A model generated the notes under the pieces. The model was given only the letters and a program-made list of their open reading frames with translations, made no database searches and was not told the origin of the DNA. A stretch of 32,000 bases of DNA from Desulfobulbus propionicus DSM 2032 (lineage in GTDB: Bacteria; Desulfobacterota; Desulfobulbia; Desulfobulbales; Desulfobulbaceae): contig NC_014972.1 in the NCBI RefSeq assembly GCF_000186885.1, positions 990,001 to 1,022,000 of the forward strand. Reading direction: 5' to 3'. The translations under genes were made by a program, and so were the position numbers. Numbering within the stretch: the first letter of the stretch is position 1; each line of letters begins with the position of its first letter. Of this stretch, positions 9,152-18,283 are shown in pieces.

Positions 9152-9467
9152 GATGTCCTCCTCTTTCAGTGTAAAAATAGGGTCAACCGACGCGGCTAAC
9201 GGTGCATTCACCTTCATCGGCCAGCGGCAAACAACAAAAATCTGCTCGAAGCCAACGGGGGCTCAGGCAATTTTTTTCTATTACGACAAAGTCAAAAGAC
9301 AAACAAGCGCCACCGTCAACCTTTCCCCGCTGGCGGCAAGCGCTGCACAACGAGGCGCTGCCGCAGCCCTCGGCCTCGGTGATCGCCGCAGAGCGAACGG
9401 ATGACGGCGGTCCGCCCTCGGAACACCGCATGGTCGCGGTGTAGCGCACGCGACGGTTGCCGTGTGA

Positions 9468-9684
9468 CGCACCGAGGAGGCCTATCGGAGCTGGGCCAAC
9501 CGGTTTGCCCGTGGGCTGGAGGAAACGAAGGTGGAGGGGGAGGCTGTGACGATATCCGCAGGCATCTGGAGCATCTGGCGGTGCAGGCAAGGTCTCGGCC
9601 CGTACCCAGCTTCTGGCCTTGAATGCCTGGGCGTTTTTGGTTCGCGAGCCCCTGGGCGTGTGCAACCCGTTGGACAATCTGTAG
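9468..9684 (+). pseudogene. Degraded N-terminal (SAM-like) domain fragment of an integron-type/XerD-like tyrosine recombinase; catalytic domain absent
   Basis: Consecutive pieces lie in three + frames: RTEEAYRSWANRFARG (9468-), DDIRRHLEHLAVQ (9548-9586) and GKVSARTQLLALNAWAFLVREPLG...NL* (9586-9684). Together they follow the RTExAY..W...F / FL.HLA....S..T...AL.A..FLY..VL pattern of Phage_int_SAM_4-type domains. TGA sits directly upstream (9465-9467) and there are two frame changes. Nothing resembling the R..HxxR..Y catalytic domain follows. Confidence 0.55.
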
Positions 9685-9747
9685 CCAACGTTTTGGATGG
9701 ATAGCGACAAACCAGCTCCCGAGCGCGATGCAACGGAGGCTGGGTGG

Positions 9748-10020
9748 TTATTTTTTCATGAACCGTAGCAGAACCTTATACTTCTTGATGTCCAGATCCT
9801 TGGGCAGGCTGGCGCCGTCGGCGATGAGCAGGGTCAGGACCTTGCCGTTGTGCGGGTCCTGGCGTTGCTGCCGCCGCCGTTCCTGGCCCAGGGGGCCAAC
9901 GATGCGATGACGCGGCTCGCGCACGTGGAGCAGTTCCGCTTCCACCGGCGCGCCGGTGGGGCCGGGCTTGCCGGTCGGCAGGCCAACCGGTTCGGTCGAA
10001 CCAATGATAATGTCCACCAT
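9748..10020 (-). CDS. Hypothetical protein (90 aa), no family recognised
   Basis: Trimmed from ORF 9748..10269 to ATG 10018-10020, which is preceded by GGGAGGAAAGAC. The high-GC3 codon usage is typical of real genes here. The product is MVDIIIGSTEPVGLPTGKPG...KVLTLLIADGASLPKDLDIKKYKVLLRFMKK. Confidence 0.65.
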   Translation of the reverse strand: MVDIIIGSTEPVGLPTGKPGPTGAPVEAELLHVREPRHRIVGPLGQERRRQQRQDPHNGKVLTLLIADGASLPKDLDIKKYKVLLRFMKK

Positions 10021-10039
10021 GTCTTTCCTCCCTGAAAGG

Positions 10040-10058
10040 TTTACCCGGCAAGGGTAAA
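10040..10058. promoter_or_regulatory. Perfect palindrome TTTACCC-N5-GGGTAAA between ogt and the 90-aa gene (operator or small hairpin)
   Basis: Read directly: tttaccc ggcaa gggtaaa. It is located 16 nt downstream of the ogt stop and 20 nt upstream of the ATG of the 90-aa gene. Confidence 0.3.
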
Positions 10059-10073
10059 TGATTTTCCCACAGA

Positions 10074-10574
10074 TTACGCCTCTTTTTTCTCCTGGTCCCT
10101 GTTTTGTCGTTCCAAGTCGAGCAGGGCCTGCTTCATCGCCAGGCCGCCGCCAAAACCGGTCAGCTTGCCGCCGGCTCCAATCAGACGGTGGCAAGGGATG
10201 ATGATCGCTAGGGGGTTGGCGTGGGCCGCGCCGCCCACTGCCCGCGCCTTTTGTCGGCCGCCGATGCATGCCGCCAGTTCGCCGTAGGTCAGGGTTTCGC
10301 CGTAGGGGATGGCGCGCAGCTGTGCCCAGACCTGCTGTTGAAACGGGGTGCCGTGGATGGACAGGGGGAGATCGAAGCGGTGCAGTCTGCCCGCGAGGTA
10401 GGCGAGCAGCTGCTGGCCGGCCTCGGCCAGCAGCGGCTGGCTGGCGAGCGCGACCAGCGAACCCGGCGGGAGCGGCGGCTGTTCGGCGGGAAAGAGCAGG
10501 CCGCGAAGGCCGATGTCGTCGGCGCTCAGGGTAAAGAGGCCAAACGGTGTGGGCAGGGTGGCGTTACACAGCAT
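10074..10574 (-). CDS. ogt: Methylated-DNA--protein-cysteine methyltransferase
   Basis: 166 aa. The C-terminal DNA-binding/active-site domain has FQQQVWAQLRAIPYGETLTYGELA and the PCHR active site (IIIPCHRLIG). Confidence 0.9.
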   Translation of the reverse strand: MLCNATLPTPFGLFTLSADDIGLRGLLFPAEQPPLPPGSLVALASQPLLAEAGQQLLAYLAGRLHRFDLPLSIHGTPFQQQVWAQLRAIPYGETLTYGELAACIGGRQKARAVGGAAHANPLAIIIPCHRLIGAGGKLTGFGGGLAMKQALLDLERQNRDQEKKEA

Positions 10575-10592
10575 GACGGTGGCTCCTGGTGG

Positions 10593-11135
10593 TCAAAAGG
10601 GGGCCGGGCTGCCGTGCGGCAGGCGGCGCAGTCGTTCGATCAGCGATGTTTCTATCCGGGTCTGACAACTGAGCACCGCCCCGGAGCGTTGGTAGAGCAG
10701 GGTCAGGTCGGCCGGATCGGCGCTGTTGAGGATGTGGCTGCAATTGTAGTTGAGGCAGAAGATCGGTTTGATCAGGAAGCGGCAGCCCCGGGGCCCAAGG
10801 AAGCCGCAACTGTCGCCGGAGTAGGCGTCAAAGGCGAGCGGAACGTCCAACAGCAGGTTGATCAGGAGCTGGAGGGCGTCGCTGTTGCCGGCCATGAAGG
10901 CGCTGCAACAGCCGCCGCCGGGCTGGGCGGCGCAGCCACTGCACAGGGGGCCCAGGTGCATGGCCCGCATCTGCTCGTCAAGCAGTTCGGCGTGGCGGCG
11001 CAGCTGTTGCAGCTCGGCTTGCAGGCAAGGATCGTGCTCCATGGCCGGCAATCCGGCCAGCAGGGCCCGGGCGCGGGCCAATTTGTCCATGGGCGTGCCG
11101 TCGTAGCAGGTTTGGAGAAGGCGGGTGTTGTCCAT
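10593..11135 (-). CDS. Cysteine-cluster protein, YkgJ/UPF0153-like (putative Zn/Fe-chelating domain)
   Basis: 180 aa. CSGCAAQPGGGCC is followed by CGFLGPRGCRFLIKPIFCLNYNC. The C-x7-C-x8-C spacing matches the second half of the CxxCxxCC family. The gene starts 18 nt after the PBP gene and ends 18 nt before ogt, so it is probably co-transcribed with both. The functional call is tentative. Confidence 0.55.
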   Translation of the reverse strand: MDNTRLLQTCYDGTPMDKLARARALLAGLPAMEHDPCLQAELQQLRRHAELLDEQMRAMHLGPLCSGCAAQPGGGCCSAFMAGNSDALQLLINLLLDVPLAFDAYSGDSCGFLGPRGCRFLIKPIFCLNYNCSHILNSADPADLTLLYQRSGAVLSCQTRIETSLIERLRRLPHGSPAPF

Positions 11136-11153
11136 CGGCTCGATTCCCGGGCT

Positions 11154-13064
11154 TTAGTTGATGGCTTGCAGCATGAAGTGTTTCCATGCCGGGGCCGCGG
11201 CCTGGCCGCCGGTTTCCCCCACGCCCAGCGACATGCTGCGGTCGTGGCCGATCCACACGCCGGTGGTCAGCTCTTGGGCGGAACCGATGAACCAGGCGTC
11301 GACGTTGTTGTCCGTGGTGCCGGTCTTGCCGCCGGCCCCGCGGATGCCGGCGGCATTCTTGCCCGTGCCCCGCAGGACCACCTGGGTCATGACCGATTTG
11401 AGCCAGGCAGCGGTTTCGGGAGCGATCACCTGTTGCCCCTGCGGCTGCGGCCAGGGGGTGATCCGCCCCTGCCGGTTGCCGACCCGGGTGATGGCCACCG
11501 GCGGGTGGTAGAGCCCCTGGTTGACAAAAGCGGTATAGGCGGCGGTCAGTTCCAGCAGCGAGACCGGCGAGGCCCCGAGGGCCAGGGCCAGGTTTGCATC
11601 CAGCGGCGCGGAAATGCCCATCCGCCTGGCCGTGCGGACAACCCGCTCCACCCCGATCTGCTGTGCCAGGCGCACCGCGATCACGTTGCTGGAACGGACC
11701 AGGGCCTCGGCCAGCGGCATCGGGCCGCGATACTCGTTGTTGAAATTGTGCGGCTGCCACGGCCGGCCATTGCCGCTGGTCAGGGAGAGGGGCGCGTCGT
11801 TGAACACCGCCGCCGGGGAAACGCCCTGTTCCAGGGCCGCGGCATACACGATCGGCTTGAAGGCGGAGCCCGGCTGGCGGTTGGCCTGCACTGCCCGGTT
11901 GAACTGGGTGGCGGTGAAATCGACCCCGCCGATCATCGCCCGGATGCGGCCGCTGGCGCTGTCCAGGGCCACCAGGGCACCTTGAGGCACGGCCAGATCG
12001 CTATGGCGGATGGCCACCCGGGTCACGCCGGCCTGGATCGCCTTGGCAGCCGCTTCCTGCAGCCGGGCATCGACGGTGGTGGCCACCTGCAACCCCTTGC
12101 GGTAGAGATCGGCCTCCTGGTATGTGGTGAGCAGTTGTCCGCGGACATAGGCGGAAAAATAACCATGGAGCGCCTGACGCCAGTTGCCGGCCAGTTGCAG
12201 CCCCTGATCGTAGGCCTCGCGCGCCGCCTCCGGGGTGATCAACCCATCCTCGGCCATGCGGTTGAGCACGTAGCGCTGCCGGTTTCTCGCCGCCTCCGGC
12301 TGCTTGAGCGGCGAATAGTTGCTCGGCGACTGCGGCAGTCCGGCCAACAGGGCGATCTCGCCCAGGTTCAACTGGCCCACCTCCTTGCCGAAATAGGTCA
12401 GGGCCGCGGCCTCGACCCCGTAGGCCCCCTCGCCGAGATAGATTTCATTGAGGTAGATGAACAAAATCTCCTCCTTGCTCAGCAGCCGTTCCAGGCGAAA
12501 GGAGAGCACCGCCTCGGCCAGCTTGCGGGTGTAGCTCTTTTCCCGGCTGAGCAGCAGGGCGCGGGTCACCTGCTGGGTAATGGTCGAACCGCCCTGGCTG
12601 CGCCGGCCGGAGCGGAGGTTGTTGAAGGCCGCGCGGGCGATCGACCAGCCGTCAAGGCCCTCGTGGCGCCAGAAGCGGCTGTCCTCGGCGGCGACAAAGG
12701 CCTGGGGCAGGAGGGCGGGGAAGCGTTCATAGGGGATGACGATGCGGAATTCCCGGGCAATGGCGTCGATCGGCCGGTTGGCGCGGTCAAGGATCAGGGT
12801 GGCCACCTGCGGCTGGTAATCGTCCACCGTACGGATGTCGGGCAGGGACATGAACCAGGCCAGCACCACACCGAGCAGCACGGTCACCGTCGCGGCAATG
12901 GTCAGCAGCAGACGGGACAGATGGCGCTCGTCCAGCACCCAGCCGCGATAGGGCGGCTCGGGCGGTTCCGGAAGCGGCGGCAATTGATGGGAGGCTTTGG
13001 TGGACAAGAACACGAAGAAACGGTAGTGTTGACATTCGCACGCTAGGAGGGGCGGTGACGCCAT
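11154..13064 (-). CDS. Class A penicillin-binding protein (PBP1A family; glycosyltransferase + transpeptidase)
   Basis: GT51 motifs are EDSRFWRHEGLD, GGSTITQQ and RKLAEA. Transpeptidase motifs are SAFK (SxxK), SSN and KTGTT. An N-terminal TM is LLLTIAATVTVLLGVVLAWF. The start is uncertain: ATG 13062-13064 is chosen, and the longest ORF starts at GTG 13143-13145, only 15 nt from mutL. Confidence 0.9.
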   Translation of the reverse strand: MASPPLLACECQHYRFFVFLSTKASHQLPPLPEPPEPPYRGWVLDERHLSRLLLTIAATVTVLLGVVLAWFMSLPDIRTVDDYQPQVATLILDRANRPIDAIAREFRIVIPYERFPALLPQAFVAAEDSRFWRHEGLDGWSIARAAFNNLRSGRRSQGGSTITQQVTRALLLSREKSYTRKLAEAVLSFRLERLLSKEEILFIYLNEIYLGEGAYGVEAAALTYFGKEVGQLNLGEIALLAGLPQSPSNYSPLKQPEAARNRQRYVLNRMAEDGLITPEAAREAYDQGLQLAGNWRQALHGYFSAYVRGQLLTTYQEADLYRKGLQVATTVDARLQEAAAKAIQAGVTRVAIRHSDLAVPQGALVALDSASGRIRAMIGGVDFTATQFNRAVQANRQPGSAFKPIVYAAALEQGVSPAAVFNDAPLSLTSGNGRPWQPHNFNNEYRGPMPLAEALVRSSNVIAVRLAQQIGVERVVRTARRMGISAPLDANLALALGASPVSLLELTAAYTAFVNQGLYHPPVAITRVGNRQGRITPWPQPQGQQVIAPETAAWLKSVMTQVVLRGTGKNAAGIRGAGGKTGTTDNNVDAWFIGSAQELTTGVWIGHDRSMSLGVGETGGQAAAPAWKHFMLQAIN

Positions 13065-13160
13065 GATGGGCCGGGCTTTTCCCGCGAACCCCCGGGTTGT
13101 GCGGTTGTTACCATGATTTGAGCAATTCGGCACCGTTAAAGACACCCCCTTCCCGGACCC

Positions 13161-14999
13161 ATGTCGCGCATACGCATTCTTTCCGAACAGCTTGCCAACC
13201 AGATCGCCGCCGGCGAAGTGGTGGAACGTCCCGCCTCGGTGATCAAGGAATTGGTGGAAAACAGCCTGGACGCCTCAGCCGGCCGCATCGACATCCATGT
13301 CGAGGGCAGCGGCGGCACCCTGTTGCGGGTGGCCGACGATGGCTGCGGCATGGACGGTGACGACGTGCTGCTGTGCCTCGAACGTCACGCCACCTCCAAG
13401 ATTCGCGAGGAGGGGCAATTGGCGGCCATCTCTACCCTCGGGTTTCGCGGCGAGGCCATTCCCAGCATTGCCTCGGTGTCGTGGATGACCATTCTTTCCA
13501 GGCCGCAGACCCAGGAACTGGGCACCCGGGCCGAGATCCGCTACGGCACCCTGCGCGATGTTCATCAGGCCGGATGCGGCCGGGGCACGGTGATCGAGGT
13601 GCGCCATCTGTTTGGCAACATGCCGGCGCGCAAAAAATTCCTCAAGTCGGCGCGCACCGAAATGCACCACATCGAGGAGGTGGTCAGGAACCAGGCCCTA
13701 GCCCATCCGCAGGTCGGCTTCACCCTCCATGTCGATGGCCGGGTGGCACTGGAGTATTCGCCGGGTGCCGATCTGCAGCGCCGGGTACGCGAGGTGTTCC
13801 GCTACCGGGAAACGCTGCTGCCGCTGGCCGTGGCGGCAGAGGACGAAGGTGACGGGATGATGCTGGAGGGCTATCTGCTGCTGCCGGAGGCGGCGCAGGC
13901 AACCAATGCCCGTCTGCGTATCCTGGTCAACGACCGGCCGGTGCAGGACGCGATGATCCGCCATGCGGTGGTCGAGGGCTTGCAGGGATTTCTCATGAAG
14001 GGCTTTCAGCCGGCCGGTGCCCTGCTGCTGACCGTTTCTCCGGATCAGGTGGATGTCAACGTCCATCCGGCCAAACGGGAGATTCGTTTCCGCAGGAGCG
14101 AGGCGGTGCACCGGTTCATCGTCGATCGGGTGGCCGCGGCCATGTGCGGTTACCAGCAGAGCCAGCGTCATAGCCTGTTCGCCCCGCCGTCCTCCTCGTC
14201 CAGGGCGTGGCCGGTGGACAGCGGCGAGGCACTCCGATCGGTTCCTCCTGCCATGACGATGACCACCGCCGAGCCGGTGGAGCAACAGCCTTTGCCCGCA
14301 ATGGACAGGTATGGTCGGTCGACGCCGGCGATGGCCGCGCCGTTGGCCGCCCCGCCGAGCCCGGCAAGTCCCTTTGCCGTGGTTCCGTCGCCCCCTGCCG
14401 GGGGAGCGGCCGGCCTGACCCTGATCGGCCAGCTGTTTTCCTTGTACCTGTTGTGCGAGCGGGAGGGCCAACTGGTGGTCATCGACCAGCACGCGGCCCA
14501 CGAGCGGCTTCTGTACGGCCAGTTGCGACAGGGGTATCAGGAGGCTCAGATTCCCCGCCAGACCCTGCTGTTTCCGGTGACCGTCGAACTGACCCCGGCG
14601 CAGGCCGAGACCCTGGAGCAGAAGAGCGAGGCCGTTGCCGCTCTCGGACTGCAGGCCGAGCCCTTTGGCGAGGCCACCGTGGTCATCAAGGCGATGCCGG
14701 CTCTGGTCAGCCATGTGGAGCCCGGCGGGCTGCTGCGGGAGGTGCTCGACGGGCTGCGGGGCCCATTGCCGGTCGCAGCCGACCGGACGGTGCCCCAGGC
14801 GGTGGACGATCTGCTTGCCTCCATGGCTTGCAAGGCGGCGATCAAGGCGGGCAACCGCCTGCAGCCGGCGGAAATGCTCAAGCTGCTGCACCAGATGGAA
14901 ACCAGCGAGGTGTTCACGCACTGTCCCCACGGCCGGCCGGTGGTCAAGACCTTCTCCAGCCAGGAGGTGGAGCGATGGTTCCACCGCCACGGCGGTTGA
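13161..14999 (+). CDS. mutL: DNA mismatch repair protein MutL (endonuclease-type)
   Basis: 612 aa. GHKL ATPase motifs are ELVENSLDA, DDGCGM and GFRGEA. The C-terminal domain has the endonuclease motif DQHAAHERLLY and CPHGRP. Confidence 0.95.
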   Translation: MSRIRILSEQLANQIAAGEVVERPASVIKELVENSLDASAGRIDIHVEGSGGTLLRVADDGCGMDGDDVLLCLERHATSKIREEGQLAAISTLGFRGEAIPSIASVSWMTILSRPQTQELGTRAEIRYGTLRDVHQAGCGRGTVIEVRHLFGNMPARKKFLKSARTEMHHIEEVVRNQALAHPQVGFTLHVDGRVALEYSPGADLQRRVREVFRYRETLLPLAVAAEDEGDGMMLEGYLLLPEAAQATNARLRILVNDRPVQDAMIRHAVVEGLQGFLMKGFQPAGALLLTVSPDQVDVNVHPAKREIRFRRSEAVHRFIVDRVAAAMCGYQQSQRHSLFAPPSSSSRAWPVDSGEALRSVPPAMTMTTAEPVEQQPLPAMDRYGRSTPAMAAPLAAPPSPASPFAVVPSPPAGGAAGLTLIGQLFSLYLLCEREGQLVVIDQHAAHERLLYGQLRQGYQEAQIPRQTLLFPVTVELTPAQAETLEQKSEAVAALGLQAEPFGEATVVIKAMPALVSHVEPGGLLREVLDGLRGPLPVAADRTVPQAVDDLLASMACKAAIKAGNRLQPAEMLKLLHQMETSEVFTHCPHGRPVVKTFSSQEVERWFHRHGG

Positions 15000-15029
15000 G
15001 ATTTATGGCGGGGGGACCGCCACGGTGAA

Positions 15030-15058
15030 TTGACAGGTCTCTTTGTTCATGCTAAAAA
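15030..15058 (+). promoter_or_regulatory. Sigma70-like promoter for hisD: TTGACA-N17-TAAAAA
   Basis: A perfect -35 TTGACA lies at 15030-15035, followed by a 17-nt spacer and TAAAAA at 15053-15058. This places it 45-60 nt upstream of the candidate hisD starts. The ORF-track start at 15030 is the TTG of this -35 box. Confidence 0.45.
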
Positions 15059-15119
15059 AACGGCTTTTTCTCCCGGTTCGGCCCACTCTTTTCAACGCGA
15101 GACGATGGATGTACCAATC

Positions 15120-16433
15120 ATGAAGATCACCACACTCAACATCAACACCCCGGAAGGGCGGCAACGCCGCGCCGATCTGCGCAACCGGTTCACCGAGGAA
15201 GGCGATGGCGGCTGCCGCGAGGCGGTGGCGGCCATCCTTGCCCGGATACGCCGGGAGGGGGACGCGGCGGTGCTCGATTACTGCCGCCGGTTCGACAGCC
15301 CGGTGATGACCCTGGACACCCTGCGGGTCAGCGCGGAGGAGTTCGCCTTGGCCGAACGCGAGGTGGACGACCCGTTCCGCCAGACCCTGCGCCTGGCCGC
15401 CGAGCGGGTCCGTGTTTTTCACGAGCGTGAGCTGGAGGACTCCTGGATGCTGACCCGCGACGACGGCACCATCACCGGGCGGATGGTGCGGCCGGTGGAC
15501 AGTGCCGGCTTGTACGTGCCCGGCGGCAAGGAGGGCTCGACCCCGCTGGTCAGCTCGGTGCTGATGAACGGCATTCCGGCCCAGATCGCCGGGGTTGGCC
15601 GACGGGTAATGGTCACCCCCCCCAATCGCGAGGGCAGGGTCAACCCGGCCCTTTTGGTCGCGGCCCGCGAGATCGGCATCGACGAGGTGTACAAGATCGG
15701 TTCGGCCTGGGCCATCGCCGCCCTGGCTTTTGGCACCGAAAGCGTGCCGGCGGTGGATGTGATCGTCGGCCCGGGCAACCAGTACGTGGCCGAGGCCAAG
15801 CGCCAGGTCATGGGACGGGTGCGCATCGACATGCTCGCCGGCCCAAGCGAGGTACTGATCGTGGCCGACGACACCGCCCAGGCCGCCTTTGTCGCCGCCG
15901 ACATGCTCGCCCAGGCCGAGCACGATCCGCAGGCCCTGGCCATGGTCATCACCACCAGCGAGTCCCTGGCCGGGGCAATCGTCCGTGAACTCGAACTCCA
16001 GCTGCCGCAGCTGCCCCGGGCCGACATCGCCCGCACCGCCCTGAACGAGCGGGGTCTGATCCTGCTGGCCGACAGCCTGGAGCAGGCCATCGAGCTGGCC
16101 AACGAGATCGCCATCGAACACCTGGAACTGCAGATCGCCGAGCCCTGGCAGTGGCTGCCCAAAATTCGCCATGCCGGCGCCATCTTTCTTGGCTCGTGGA
16201 CGCCGGAGGCAGCGGGCGACTATGTCGCCGGCCCCAATCATGTGCTGCCGACCATGGGCACGGCCCGGATCGCCTCGGCCCTGGGCGTGGAGACCTTCCT
16301 CAAGAAGAGTTCGATCATTTCCTATTCGCGCCAGGCCCTGGAGGCCGACGGTAACCATATCCGCCGTCTGGCCGCGCTCGAGGGGCTGACCGCGCACGGC
16401 AATTCGGTGGCCATCCGCCTTGGCCAGCGATAA
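15120..16433 (+). CDS. hisD: Histidinol dehydrogenase
   Basis: HisD signatures are GPGNQYVAEAKR, AGPSEVLIVAD, QAEHD and HLELQ. The start is set at ATG 15120 (MKITTLNI...), giving 437 aa. ATG 15105 is an alternative. The longer ORF start overlaps the promoter. Confidence 0.92.
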   Translation: MKITTLNINTPEGRQRRADLRNRFTEEGDGGCREAVAAILARIRREGDAAVLDYCRRFDSPVMTLDTLRVSAEEFALAEREVDDPFRQTLRLAAERVRVFHERELEDSWMLTRDDGTITGRMVRPVDSAGLYVPGGKEGSTPLVSSVLMNGIPAQIAGVGRRVMVTPPNREGRVNPALLVAAREIGIDEVYKIGSAWAIAALAFGTESVPAVDVIVGPGNQYVAEAKRQVMGRVRIDMLAGPSEVLIVADDTAQAAFVAADMLAQAEHDPQALAMVITTSESLAGAIVRELELQLPQLPRADIARTALNERGLILLADSLEQAIELANEIAIEHLELQIAEPWQWLPKIRHAGAIFLGSWTPEAAGDYVAGPNHVLPTMGTARIASALGVETFLKKSSIISYSRQALEADGNHIRRLAALEGLTAHGNSVAIRLGQR

Positions 16434-17073
16434 CCGGCAATTGCTCCGCACCGGTTCCCAGCGGCTGGGCATTCCGCTGGGCGACGAGGCCATCGAGCGG
16501 CTGCTCATCTATCTCGCTCAACTGATGAAGTGGAGCCGGCGGGTCAACCTGATCGCCCGCGACACCCCGGAAGAGCAGGCGGTCGAACTTCATTTCCTCG
16601 ATTCGCTCACCCTGGCGCCGCTGCTGCAGGAGCCGGAGGCGGTGCACCTGCTCGATGTCGGTACCGGTGCCGGTTTTCCCGGCCTGGTGCTGGCCTGCGT
16701 GCTGCCCGAGGCCCGGTTCACCCTGGTGGAGCCCCGGCAGAAACGGGTCAGCTTTCTCCGTCACCTGATCCGTACCCTGGGGCTGAGCAACACGGAGGTG
16801 GTCGCCGACCGGCTCGAACCCCATGCCCAGGCCTGGCAAGGACGATTTACCCACGTCACCAGCCGGGCCGTGGCCGAGCCGGGCCTCTTCCTGCCGCTGG
16901 TCCGGCCCCTGGCCATCCCCGAGGCCCGGGTGATCCTGATGCTCGCCCGCGAGCACACACTGGCCGGCATCGAAACCCTCGCTTCCGGGCCGTGGCGGAT
17001 TGCCGAGACCCGCGCGTTCGCCTTGCCCTTTTCCGGCGCGCCCCGGCTGCTGGCCGTTGTCTGTCCTGCCTGA
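16420..17073 (+). CDS. rsmG: 16S rRNA (guanine527-N7)-methyltransferase RsmG
   Basis: The conserved N-terminus is LGIPLGDEAIERLLIYLAQLMKWSRRVNLI, and the SAM-binding motif is LLDVGTGAGFPGLVLA. No ATG precedes the conserved N-terminus, so the start must be TTG 16420 (a 14-nt overlap with hisD) or TTG 16441. Confidence 0.85.
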   Translation: MASDNRQLLRTGSQRLGIPLGDEAIERLLIYLAQLMKWSRRVNLIARDTPEEQAVELHFLDSLTLAPLLQEPEAVHLLDVGTGAGFPGLVLACVLPEARFTLVEPRQKRVSFLRHLIRTLGLSNTEVVADRLEPHAQAWQGRFTHVTSRAVAEPGLFLPLVRPLAIPEARVILMLAREHTLAGIETLASGPWRIAETRAFALPFSGAPRLLAVVCPA

Positions 17074-17105
17074 GGTGCGCCTTTTTCTGGAATAATCGCG
17101 GATGA

Positions 17106-18260
<1,155 letters not shown>

Positions 18261-18283
18261 ACCATCAGCAGGGAGGGAAAGGC

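Noticed and set aside
8696-9443. Degenerate integron hypothesis: an intI-like fragment on + divergent from a single cassette-like gene (LprI-like) on -, followed by an inverted repeat that could be an attC
   Set aside because: The topology fits, but the inverted repeat at 8696-8749 lacks RYYYAAC/GTTRRRY core sites. The GTT-containing heptamers in 9180-9320 (GTTGACC, GTTAGCC, GTTGACG on the minus strand) do not fit GTTRRRY. The LprI-like gene has its own RBS and signal peptide. An attC covariance model or IntegronFinder run would be decisive.
9183-9710. 175-aa minus-strand ORF, plus + ORFs 9202..9444 and 9401..9622, spanning the non-coding gap
   Set aside because: They have no RBS, atypical composition and no motifs. 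The + strand signal in this interval is better explained by the multi-frame integrase remnant.
10221-13046. 941-aa ORF on the + strand covering ogt, the Cys-cluster gene and the PBP gene
   Set aside because: It lies antisense to three genes with clear motifs (PCHR; GT51 and SxxK/SxN/KTG). Its translation is Arg/Gly/Ala/Pro/Gln-rich low-complexity sequence of the kind produced by the antisense frame of high-G+C genes. It has no recognisable domain.
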